Assembly (NCBI GenBank): GCA_046290225.1
Contig: JBKAGE010000038.1
Coordinates: 256,001-320,000 of the forward strand
DNA length: 64,000 bases
Direction: 5' to 3'
From: Bradymonadia bacterium
GTDB lineage: Bacteria > Myxococcota_A > Bradymonadia > UBA7976 > UBA1532
A program made the translations under genes and the position numbers. Shown here piece by piece: positions 30,718-39,711 of this stretch; positions within the stretch are counted from its first letter, which is position 1; each line of letters begins with the position of its first letter. Under the pieces are notes generated by a model. The model searched no databases. It saw only the letters and a program-made list of their open reading frames with translations, and was not told where the DNA came from.

Positions 30718-31017
30718 AGAGAGTTTGTCGGGCACGGGCACGGGCACGGGCACGAGTTGATACATATTCTGACCCGTGGCCCTTCCTGAACTCAGGGCGA
30801 AGGTTACAACTGAAGCTGAGATGATGTGTTGTTGAACGACCTGAGAGTTCAGGTCTTGGGGTGTATGGAGGCCAAAAGTCGCACTGAGCAAAGCGTGGGG
30901 CTGGATGAAGGCTCCACCATCACAAACCCATGAGCGGAGTCATATAGGACAACGGGTCCAGATATGTATCAACTCGTGCCCGTGCCCGTGCCCGTGCCCG
31001 TGCCCGAAAAACTCTCT
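30718..31017 (-). repeat. Non-coding inverted-repeat element, copy 2: (GGGCAC)4/5 arms plus 188-nt conserved core
   Basis: Arms 30718-30777 and 30952-31017 are complementary apart from one hexamer and a few mismatches. Core 30771-30958 is homologous to 909-1096 in reverse orientation. Confidence 0.9.
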
Positions 31018-33442
31018 ATTTAAGCTGCATTGCCGAGGTATCCACAGCCCACGCCTTACCGAACTGAGTAATGGTGGCCACGAGCTGGGCTTTCTCGATG
31101 TTCACGATGCCCTTGGGCACCGCGAGATACTTGAAGAAGGCGCTGTCACCGGGGCGATAACCCTGACCATTGCTGGGCACAGCCAGGGGGAGGTAGGCCT
31201 GCTTGCCGTATTTGTCGGTGAGGAGCAGGTAAGGGCTGGTGAAGCGGGTGGTGGCGATGTCGTACTTGCTGCTGAAGTTGATGCTCACATTGAGGTAGGG
31301 GAAGAGGTTGAGTACGGCGCAATCTGGACAGAGGGGCACTCGAGGCTGCGGGCCCACAGCACCAAGCGCATCACGACGCAGTCGGTCAGGCGGCTCACCC
31401 ACAATCTGTGCAGGGCCAAAGCGCACATCATCATTGTTGGTGCAGTCCGTCCAGTCTACGCATGCATCATCACTCGTACCTGGCGCGTTGGCGGTGCACT
31501 GAGGTGCCGGCTCGGCCCCCTCCGGATCATACCCTGGCGGATTCCCGGGGAACGCATCACACACCTCCAGCCACTCCGCACATCGATCGATGACATCAGG
31601 GCCTTGGCCTTGAGCCAGGCACCCAATGGCGGAGAGCAGCTCCCCACACTGCACCAGGTCATCAGCCGCCCCGACATTGAGAGCCCGCACTGGATATCCC
31701 TGCCATGTTGAACGGTTGAGGTCATATGCGGTCAGGTAGAGCAGATCGCTCAGCTGGGCCCCACTCAACCGGGGTACTAGAGGGTCTGCGCTCCGCGCAG
31801 CGCCCAGATATGCCAACGCCCGTGCGAGGGCGCCCGTGGTCAGGGCAGCAGACACCGAAGTGCCCGTGTATGCTTCTGGGGCACCCGCGAGCGCACCTTG
31901 GGGTGTGAACACGTGCGCCCCTGGTGCGACGAGGCGGGGCTCTGCCAAGGCTCGGGGGATCGACACACCTGTCGGGGTGCCACGGGCATTGATCGCGCCG
32001 ACAGCAAAAGACAGCGCCTCCCCCGCAACACATCCTTGCTGTTGATCAGACTTCACAGTGGTGCGGCTGTACTCACCAGGAAACAGCATTGGAGGCCGTG
32101 TAAGCTCTCCTCCGAGCCACCACCCATCTGTGCACGCGTCGAGGGGCTGGTTCTCATCCACCTTGTGCAACTCGGCCCGCTCACCGTTCAGTGGGCGATT
32201 GCCTGCAGCGGCAACGGCGAGGATCGGCCTCGCTGCAGTGTCCTGCTCCTGGGCGACAGCGAGCATGTAGCGCACCACGGCGCCAACTCCGTCCTCCTCT
32301 ATGGCACAGCCCGGGCCACGAAGCGTACGTACACGCTCGTATTCTGGTAGCCAGCCGAGGCTGAGGTTCAACAGCAGGGGCCGGGCGGGGTCGAGCCCGT
32401 ACACGGCCTCATCGATGGCCACACCCGTGAAGGCGGTGACCCCGACCCCTTCTGCGTCCATCACTTGCCAGGAGAAGATCTCTGCCGCTGTATCCGGCAC
32501 CATCTGACGGATAAAGCCCACCATGGCGTCACCATGCTCGTTCACCCCAGCAGCAGCAGGATCAGGGTAGCGCCCCACGACGTCCACAGTGGGGATCGCC
32601 GCGTTGGAGACCCCAGTGTCGATGAGAGCGATTTGAGGCAGATCCCCCGCTGGTGGAGCGGGGACCTGCTGAGCAGGAGCGACGCTCATATAGTCGAGGT
32701 GCCATCGATCGACCCCCGCCATCGGGCTGACGTTGCACGCCTCTCGCCCGATCTTCACCTGAGCGGCCTGAGCTGCGGTGAGACCATAGTCGGGGGCGAG
32801 CTGTGACACGATCTGACGCACCTGGGCGACAGCGTTGCATTGGGCGGGACCCAAGATGGGCAGGTAGGGATCCTGAGCGATGCCCTGGCCCACAAATCGA
32901 ATACGCCAGAACCGCTGATGGCCATCAGCACGCCGACCATTCACATCTCGAAAAGGCAACACCGACGTCACCTCAACATCGACGCCGTTGCCGATGGCTG
33001 TACGGCATGGATCCCCACACGCATCGGCAGCACAAAACCAGGACTCGTCCACCACCCCAGTGAGCGCATCGTCGAGCTCTGTTTGGAACGCGCCCAAGAG
33101 TGGGTTCTGGGGTACCTCACTCGGCGCAGGTAGCCAAAGTGGGAAGTCCACGAAGAGCACTCGGGCTTCAGCACAGCTGTAGGGCGCCTCCGGCTCACCC
33201 GCGATCCCCAAGCTGGGGGGGGATGGATCACAGGGCCCCGGCGCAGGCTCTTGAGGCGTAGCAGACTGTATACATTGATTCTGAGCAGCACTCTGGCCCG
33301 CGAGGAGCAGGCCCGTGATCATGAGCAACATCACACGTGAGTGCTGCATGAAGGCTGAATGTTGTCGTGCTCGGTGCATCTTCATCCTCTCCGTCACCTG
33401 ATGGGCCAGGGCCCCCAATGCCCTGAACCTACGCAGTTCCAC
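31016..33442 (-). CDS. Secreted S8 (subtilisin-like) serine protease
   Basis: Triad IALIDTG / EHGDAM / TGTSVSAA; oxyanion AAAGN; signal peptide ending LLAGQSAA. The true start is probably a downstream Met. Confidence 0.85.
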   Translation of the reverse strand: MELRRFRALGALAHQVTERMKMHRARQHSAFMQHSRVMLLMITGLLLAGQSAAQNQCIQSATPQEPAPGPCDPSPPSLGIAGEPEAPYSCAEARVLFVDFPLWLPAPSEVPQNPLLGAFQTELDDALTGVVDESWFCAADACGDPCRTAIGNGVDVEVTSVLPFRDVNGRRADGHQRFWRIRFVGQGIAQDPYLPILGPAQCNAVAQVRQIVSQLAPDYGLTAAQAAQVKIGREACNVSPMAGVDRWHLDYMSVAPAQQVPAPPAGDLPQIALIDTGVSNAAIPTVDVVGRYPDPAAAGVNEHGDAMVGFIRQMVPDTAAEIFSWQVMDAEGVGVTAFTGVAIDEAVYGLDPARPLLLNLSLGWLPEYERVRTLRGPGCAIEEDGVGAVVRYMLAVAQEQDTAARPILAVAAAGNRPLNGERAELHKVDENQPLDACTDGWWLGGELTRPPMLFPGEYSRTTVKSDQQQGCVAGEALSFAVGAINARGTPTGVSIPRALAEPRLVAPGAHVFTPQGALAGAPEAYTGTSVSAALTTGALARALAYLGAARSADPLVPRLSGAQLSDLLYLTAYDLNRSTWQGYPVRALNVGAADDLVQCGELLSAIGCLAQGQGPDVIDRCAEWLEVCDAFPGNPPGYDPEGAEPAPQCTANAPGTSDDACVDWTDCTNNDDVRFGPAQIVGEPPDRLRRDALGAVGPQPRVPLCPDCAVLNLFPYLNVSINFSSKYDIATTRFTSPYLLLTDKYGKQAYLPLAVPSNGQGYRPGDSAFFKYLAVPKGIVNIEKAQLVATITQFGKAWAVDTSAMQLK

Positions 33443-33478
33443 GACGACTTCTTTTGGCGTCGGCGCTTTCGAGGCTGA

Positions 33479-36196
33479 TCACCTCGACCACAGCCGAAAG
33501 GCTCTCCACACCTCGTCACCACGCTGCTGGGCTCGCTTTTGGGCCTCGTGAAAGGCCCTCGGCGTGCCCTGGGTAGGATACAGGCGATAGAAGTCTTTCA
33601 TAAACTCTAAAGACTCCCCATCCTCAATTGGCCGTTCGGTCCCCACGACGAACCGGGCACCTGCGATCAAGAACGCCTCTGGTAGGCCAATGCGAGCACC
33701 CCCTTTGACATTGCCTCCCTTGCCGGTGTCGCACCCATTGAGCACCAGAGTCTCTGCTTTTACTTGTGTCTGAAGCACGTCTTCCACGCTGAGGGTCTGA
33801 CGCTCACTCAACCTGAGGTGTGAGGTCCAAGGATCTCCGTGTCGAATCACGCCATGGCCTGCAAAGTGAACGAGGCGGCTGTGTTGAATGCTCTCGATGA
33901 GGTTCGCTCGGGTGGCTTCGGAGCCAACCTTGAGGTTGATCTGCAGTGCGTTGTTGCCGAGCAGATCATTCAACGCCTGAGCCTCAACTCTCGCACCAGG
34001 TAGATTGCTTTCGGGGTCTGCCAGAAGCGTGAATGGCCCTTCGGAGAGCGCAGACGAAACACCAGGCACAGGCACCATGCTCGTCACGAGATGGCGTGCA
34101 CTGAGTGGCTGGCCGTTCAACTCGAGCTCAGCAAGATCGAACTCACGGAGCGGGCTGGTCAGCAAAACCTGAGTGCCCTCCCCCAGGGTACGCTTCGTGA
34201 GCCATGCCTTGAGCGTCTTCGAGTTGCACTCGCTCAAGTAATGATCTTTGAATGCAACCGCCTCGGCGGCTCGATGGAGCACCGTACAGGCATCGCCTGA
34301 GGGATAGACGATGAGTTCAAAGGTGTGACTACCCGCTTCAGGGCGGATCGCATAGCGAGTCGAATGCGTATCGGAGGGCTTGAAAAAGGCGCTCTCAACC
34401 TCTTTTTTCAGGCTGTGTTTGATAGCCTCGGCCTGACTGTTCAATACCCTAATCTCACGCTCATCATATGCCAGCGCGATCTCTGATTCGAGTGCCTCTA
34501 GACGCTTCTTGAGCAGCCTGGCTCCTTGACTCTCAGACACACTCCGTTGGGCAACCTGATACAACACAGTATAAAAATTGGATACGGCGAGCATGATAAC
34601 AGTCTCCACACAATCGGTATCCATCTGGGATTGGCAGAACCCCATCGCCTCTGAAAAGACATCACCATTGTCGCCAATGTAGCTCGAAAACCCGTGTCGT
34701 GCCGAGGCATTTGCCGCCGACGCCACCAATAGCCCCGACGCCTTGAGATACATTGTACGTGCCTCTACATGCGCCTTCTGCGCTCGATACACACGTGCGA
34801 GCCCCAAAGTAGCCCGCCAGACGAGATCTGATGCCTCACTCCGGGTCTGGCTCAGTTCGGCATCGAGAAGGGCCTGATAGCCACTCATGGCCTCTGATAC
34901 CTGCCCACGTGAGAACGCCAGCTCAGCTCGAATGAGACGCCAGAGCCTCTGGCTTTCGGGCTTCATACGGCCTTTTAGCCTGTTCAGATATGCCTCTGCC
35001 CTTTCGAGTTCTCCATATTGGTACTCGAACCACGCTAAGTTAAGCGCTGCTGAAACCTCGACATCCTCTTCTGACAGTGCCTTTGCATGCTCTAAGAGAT
35101 CAACCAAAGCCAGTTTCGACTGTTCGACCTTCTGATTTTGCTCAGATGCTGCATTGGCATTAAGTGCAATGCCTAGAATGCCAGCTTTGCCCTGCAGGCA
35201 GTAGGAAGCTGGAAGACCTTCACATCCCTCGACAATACTCAACAATTCAGGCAATAGCTGGCTGACCCCATCGAGTCGCCCAAGTCGATAGTTCACATCA
35301 AGAAGTTCCAGTCCCAAGGCACTTGTTTCCATTGGACTACCCCCTCCTCTGGAAACAGTATATGCCTCTCGATACTTCAATAGAGCTCTGTGAAACTCAG
35401 ACTCAGTAATGAGTTTGAGGGCTTCGTAGTAGAGTCCCCTCGCCCGCCCCCCATAGTCCACCTCCAGCACATATCGCTCCCCCGCCTTCAGCATCCCCGT
35501 CACATCATCCAGTCGCATGTCCATCAGCGCGTAGTACGCACACGCCCGATGTCGCGCCCCTGCCTCTGAGACCCAGCCCAGCGACTCCGCAGTCTTCGCC
35601 GCCTCGAGCCACATCTCGCAGGCCTCCCCCTGTCGCCCCAGGCGTCCGAGCACGCGGCCCAGCTCCACCTGAGCCCACATCAGGTCTTCGCCCTTCAGCT
35701 CGGTAACCCGCGCCCTCAACAGCGCTTCCGCCGGCTTCAGCTCGCCTTTCTTGCGCAGCTTCACCGCCTCAGCCTGGGTCGGGCGCTCACCTGGAGGCAC
35801 GTCCCAGCGGGCGCGCCAGCGGCCCACCTCTCGCTCGTGGGCGTCTACCAGTCGCAACACCCCAGAGCTCAGCTCAGGCAGGCCCTCGGCCTCCACTTGG
35901 AACAGCCAGCCCCCCATGCGCTCCAGCAGCTTCACCTTCAGCGGCCGCTCGGCCCCTTGCGCGGGTGCCCAGAGCACCTGCCAAGCCTTCACTTGAAGCG
36001 GACCCTCCACCCGGACCGATGGGCGCTTTTGCGCGTCGAACAGCCAGATCTCATCGCGATGAATCGCGCGGTAGCCCCAGAGTTGTAGCGCCACCGACTC
36101 CATCGGTGGAGGCGCGGGCTTTGGCGCAGGCGGAGGCTCCGAGCAAGCCCCGAGCAGGGCCATCCAGACGCACAGCCAGATCGTACGGTGACCCAT
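33479..36196 (-). CDS. Lipoprotein with TPR-like repeats and C-terminal CHAT (caspase-like) protease domain
   Basis: Lipobox LGAC; TPR-like helices; ADPESNLPGARVE, VHFAGHG (His), VLNGCDTG (Cys), GLPEAFLIAGA and WRAF; RBS AGGAGG. Confidence 0.88.
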   Translation of the reverse strand: MGHRTIWLCVWMALLGACSEPPPAPKPAPPPMESVALQLWGYRAIHRDEIWLFDAQKRPSVRVEGPLQVKAWQVLWAPAQGAERPLKVKLLERMGGWLFQVEAEGLPELSSGVLRLVDAHEREVGRWRARWDVPPGERPTQAEAVKLRKKGELKPAEALLRARVTELKGEDLMWAQVELGRVLGRLGRQGEACEMWLEAAKTAESLGWVSEAGARHRACAYYALMDMRLDDVTGMLKAGERYVLEVDYGGRARGLYYEALKLITESEFHRALLKYREAYTVSRGGGSPMETSALGLELLDVNYRLGRLDGVSQLLPELLSIVEGCEGLPASYCLQGKAGILGIALNANAASEQNQKVEQSKLALVDLLEHAKALSEEDVEVSAALNLAWFEYQYGELERAEAYLNRLKGRMKPESQRLWRLIRAELAFSRGQVSEAMSGYQALLDAELSQTRSEASDLVWRATLGLARVYRAQKAHVEARTMYLKASGLLVASAANASARHGFSSYIGDNGDVFSEAMGFCQSQMDTDCVETVIMLAVSNFYTVLYQVAQRSVSESQGARLLKKRLEALESEIALAYDEREIRVLNSQAEAIKHSLKKEVESAFFKPSDTHSTRYAIRPEAGSHTFELIVYPSGDACTVLHRAAEAVAFKDHYLSECNSKTLKAWLTKRTLGEGTQVLLTSPLREFDLAELELNGQPLSARHLVTSMVPVPGVSSALSEGPFTLLADPESNLPGARVEAQALNDLLGNNALQINLKVGSEATRANLIESIQHSRLVHFAGHGVIRHGDPWTSHLRLSERQTLSVEDVLQTQVKAETLVLNGCDTGKGGNVKGGARIGLPEAFLIAGARFVVGTERPIEDGESLEFMKDFYRLYPTQGTPRAFHEAQKRAQQRGDEVWRAFRLWSR

Positions 36197-36220
36197 GGGC
36201 CTCCTGACTCCTCAAGCGGC

Positions 36221-36241
36221 CTCATCGCACTCTGCAATCGG
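36221..36241 (-). promoter_or_regulatory. Third copy of the CTCATCGCACTCTGCAATCGG motif, 25 bp upstream of the CHAT gene
   Basis: 21/21 identical to 18063-18083. Confidence 0.5.
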
Positions 36242-36390
36242 CCACCAGCATACGCCCCCCGCCAGTTGAGCCAGGGTGTCTCTCAGCGGGGCAGCTTGTC
36301 CAGAGCCGGAGCAAACTCTGAGGCGGTGCCGCAAGGGTCAGTCAGCAAAATGTCTGAAGATCCTCCCGTCTCAGGACGTCGCCGAACAAC

Positions 36391-37395
36391 ATGCGATACA
36401 TCATGCCCCTTCTCCTGTGCCTCCCGATGCTCGCCCACAGCCATCCTGCCAGTCAGGGCACGCTCGTGCGGGCCATCGACACCTTCACCCACCACCTGCA
36501 AGACCAGCGATACCCTGCAGCCCTGTCCTCGGCGGCCAAGGCCTTGGGCAATGCCGCTGAAGATCTCGCGCACGCCCGGCGGGGAGACGGCCGCCGCCGT
36601 GCATATCACCAACAATACCGTCAGCTCAGAGTCATGGTGGCCCGTGAAGGCCAGCGAGATGACCTGCTGCTCGATCTTTGGGACGATGTCGTGCGTCACA
36701 GCCCTGCTCGACGCCATCGTCGATACGACAGGCCTGCTCTCAATACACAGAGCTTGGATACCCTCGGCCGGGCCTGTGACGACATTTTCCCTCGGGCTCA
36801 GATCCCACGATGTGTCTCTTTGATCCGTGGTCACCCTGACGGCATCGCCCTCGTGAAGGCCTGTGGCGACGCCATGGGCGACGATCGCGCCGAGCTTCAG
36901 TGCGTCGAATTTGCCAGTCAGACCCGCTTCGCAGCGGCCCCCATGGTGCAGATGTGCGAGCAGGCCATGGGCAACGATCAAAAAGAGCTCGAGTGCATCA
37001 AGGCCGCTCGCCAAGGTGACTCCAGCATCACCAAGGTCATCTCTGCCTGTGAAGACGTCATGGACGGTGACGACGCCGAGTTGAAGTGCGTGGTGGCGGC
37101 GAGCAGCCTTCATGGCTTCCCCGAGGCCACGGTGCGGGCCTGTGACGCGGCCTTCAGTGGAGACGACTGGGAGCTGCGGTGCATCGACGCAGCTGCCGGT
37201 GGCCATGACATGGGACCCGTGGTCAAAGCCTGTGAAGAGGCCATGAGCAATGACGAGAACGAGCTGAAGTGCGTGCAGCTCGTGGCCCAGCGATCAACCG
37301 GGCGGCGCGTCGGCGCTGAGGCGGTGCGGTGGTGTGACGATCAGTTCAGCCAGGACGCCCGGGCGCTCACGTGTATCCAAGAGACCTTCAGGTAG
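36391..37395 (+). CDS. Secreted protein with ~7 Cys-paired helical repeats
   Basis: Signal peptide; repeats of the type vxACxxAMxxDxxELxC. Confidence 0.7.
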   Translation: MRYIMPLLLCLPMLAHSHPASQGTLVRAIDTFTHHLQDQRYPAALSSAAKALGNAAEDLAHARRGDGRRRAYHQQYRQLRVMVAREGQRDDLLLDLWDDVVRHSPARRHRRYDRPALNTQSLDTLGRACDDIFPRAQIPRCVSLIRGHPDGIALVKACGDAMGDDRAELQCVEFASQTRFAAAPMVQMCEQAMGNDQKELECIKAARQGDSSITKVISACEDVMDGDDAELKCVVAASSLHGFPEATVRACDAAFSGDDWELRCIDAAAGGHDMGPVVKACEEAMSNDENELKCVQLVAQRSTGRRVGAEAVRWCDDQFSQDARALTCIQETFR

Positions 37396-37529
37396 CCATT
37401 CCTCCATACATGACACAGTGGATTCGCCTGACAGATGACTGTGGGCGTGGTAAGAGCAGGCCCCGATCATCTCGGATTTGCTCCACCCCACGATGGGTGG
37501 GCCCACCGGCAGGAGGAGGCCGGTTGCCT

Positions 37530-39650
37530 ATGCGTAATCTTCGATGGACCATCCCCGCCCTCGCACTGAGCACCGGCCTCGGCCTGAGCGCCTGTGGCGA
37601 CAAGGGTGGCAAGACCGACGGTAAGACGGGTGGCGACAAGGGCCAGACGGCTCAGGGCCAGAAGGCTGGTGGCGAGAAGAAGGGTGGCGGCGCCATGGCC
37701 ACCGAGCAGGCGGTCTTCGCCGTCGCCAACGACATCGTCAAGGCCATCCCCAAGGATGCCAAGCTCGCCTTCGTCACCACCGACTTCACGCAGATCGCCT
37801 CGGCGCTCGGTCGTGACGGCCTCATCAAGGCCTTCCCCGTCGAGTACGGTCAGATGCGCAAGGAGATGTCGGAGATCTATGGCGATCGCGACATCCTCGA
37901 CCCTGCGGCCTGGGCCGAGATGGGCCTCGACGCCTCCAAGCCCATGGCTGTGGCCATGCTCGACACCAAGTACGAGAGCATCGCCGCCTACCTGCCCCTC
38001 ACCGACGGGGCGAAGTTCGACGGCTTCGTGGGGCCCATCCTCGACAAGGCCGGCGCCCCCGCCGCCAAGCCCGGCTCCGCCGTACGGGCCATGAAGGACA
38101 ACAACAAGGAGACGTGGCAGCGGGCCTATTTGATCCGCAAGGGCAACCTCGCCATCACCCTCTACACCCGGGCATCGGATGCAGAGGCCACGGCCATGGC
38201 GGAGAAGATCGCCACCCTCACCCCCGAGGCCTCCCTGAGCAGCAACGGCGATGCCTCCGGCGCCTTCGCCGCTCTGAAGTATGGCAAGCACGCCAGCCTC
38301 TGGATCGATCTCATGGGCATGATCAACCAGCCCTACGACATCGAGTCCCAGTTCGGGGTCAAGCACGCCCGCGAGGAGCTCGCGAAGGCCGAGGCCGACA
38401 AAGATGAGACCCGCATCGCCTCGGCGAAGCGCCAGCTCGAGCAGGAGCTCGAGTTCACCAAGATGCGGGCCGACTTCCACGCCAAGGAGATGAAGATCCT
38501 CGGCACCGCCTTCAAGGGGCTCAAGGGCCTCGTTCTCGGCGCCACCACCGAGGGGCCCATGGTGGGCTTCAAGGGCAGCGTCGAGTTCGACAAGGGTGCC
38601 CCCCTCAAGGGCATCTTCAAGAAGGGCGACGGCGTGCCCATGCTGGTGCAGGCCCTCGACACCAAGCCCATCTTCATGGGCGTGGGCAACATCGACATCA
38701 AGGGCCTCGAGGCCTACATCGACACCATCATCGCCGCCACCGGCCAGCCCATGACCCTCGCGCAGGGCAAGGCCATGGTGGAGCCCATGATCGGGTTCAA
38801 GATCGACGATGTCCTGGCCCTGATCCACGGCGAGGCGGGCTTCGCCGTCACCTACGACGTCTCCAAGATGTCCACGGATGATCCGCAAAAGGCCTTCGGC
38901 GGCGCCGGCACCCTGCGCCTCACCGATGGCAAGAAGTTCCTCGAGACCGTCAACACGCTGCTGGCGAACCCTGCGCTGAAGGGCGCCCCCATCAAGAGCG
39001 TCGGCGAGGGCATGTGGGAGATCCCCGTGCCCGAGTTCAAGCCTGTCTACGTCGGCATCGTGGGCAACTACCTCGCCGCGAGCCCCGACAAGGGCTTCCT
39101 GGAGCGGTTGAAGGCCGGCGACGGCAGCAAGAGCTTCACCAACCAGCTCAGCCACCCTGGCCTCAAGAGCACCTTGAACACTGCCGACGCCAGCCAGATC
39201 TGGCTCAACGACACCACCCTCATGGGCTACCTGATGCTGAGCGTCGGCTACTGGGATCGCCCGGCCCCCTACAACAGCAACCCCTCCCCCGAGTTCACCG
39301 CGAAGCTCAAGGAGTACGAGGCTGCTCAGGCTGCGGCGAAGGCTCAGCGCGAGAAGGACCAGATGGCCTCCACCAAGGAGATGAGCGTGCTGATGGGCTT
39401 CATCGGCACCCAGGCCGGCACCGTCTCCCTCACCGATCGGGGCATCGAGCTCGCCGGCGGCCAGTACCTCGGCGCCAAGGATCTCGCCGACACCATCTTG
39501 AAGGTCATCCAGAAGGCCATGGCCATGGAGAAGATGGAGCGCGAGCAGCGCAACGCCCGCCGGCCCCTCGAGGAGAAGGTGGACAACCTCTACAACGAGC
39601 TGAGCAACATGAACGGCAACAACATGCCTCAGCCCTCCAAGGGCTTCTGA
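37530..39650 (+). CDS. Large lipoprotein (DUF3352-like), hypothetical
   Basis: RBS AGGAGGAGG; lipobox LSAC; Gly/Lys linker; strongly biased codon usage. Confidence 0.75.
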   Translation: MRNLRWTIPALALSTGLGLSACGDKGGKTDGKTGGDKGQTAQGQKAGGEKKGGGAMATEQAVFAVANDIVKAIPKDAKLAFVTTDFTQIASALGRDGLIKAFPVEYGQMRKEMSEIYGDRDILDPAAWAEMGLDASKPMAVAMLDTKYESIAAYLPLTDGAKFDGFVGPILDKAGAPAAKPGSAVRAMKDNNKETWQRAYLIRKGNLAITLYTRASDAEATAMAEKIATLTPEASLSSNGDASGAFAALKYGKHASLWIDLMGMINQPYDIESQFGVKHAREELAKAEADKDETRIASAKRQLEQELEFTKMRADFHAKEMKILGTAFKGLKGLVLGATTEGPMVGFKGSVEFDKGAPLKGIFKKGDGVPMLVQALDTKPIFMGVGNIDIKGLEAYIDTIIAATGQPMTLAQGKAMVEPMIGFKIDDVLALIHGEAGFAVTYDVSKMSTDDPQKAFGGAGTLRLTDGKKFLETVNTLLANPALKGAPIKSVGEGMWEIPVPEFKPVYVGIVGNYLAASPDKGFLERLKAGDGSKSFTNQLSHPGLKSTLNTADASQIWLNDTTLMGYLMLSVGYWDRPAPYNSNPSPEFTAKLKEYEAAQAAAKAQREKDQMASTKEMSVLMGFIGTQAGTVSLTDRGIELAGGQYLGAKDLADTILKVIQKAMAMEKMEREQRNARRPLEEKVDNLYNELSNMNGNNMPQPSKGF

Positions 39651-39711
39651 TTCAGGGGCCCCGCGCTGGGGCTTTCTGGCTCAAGCCCCCCCCTGAGTCA
39701 AGGCGCTCTGC

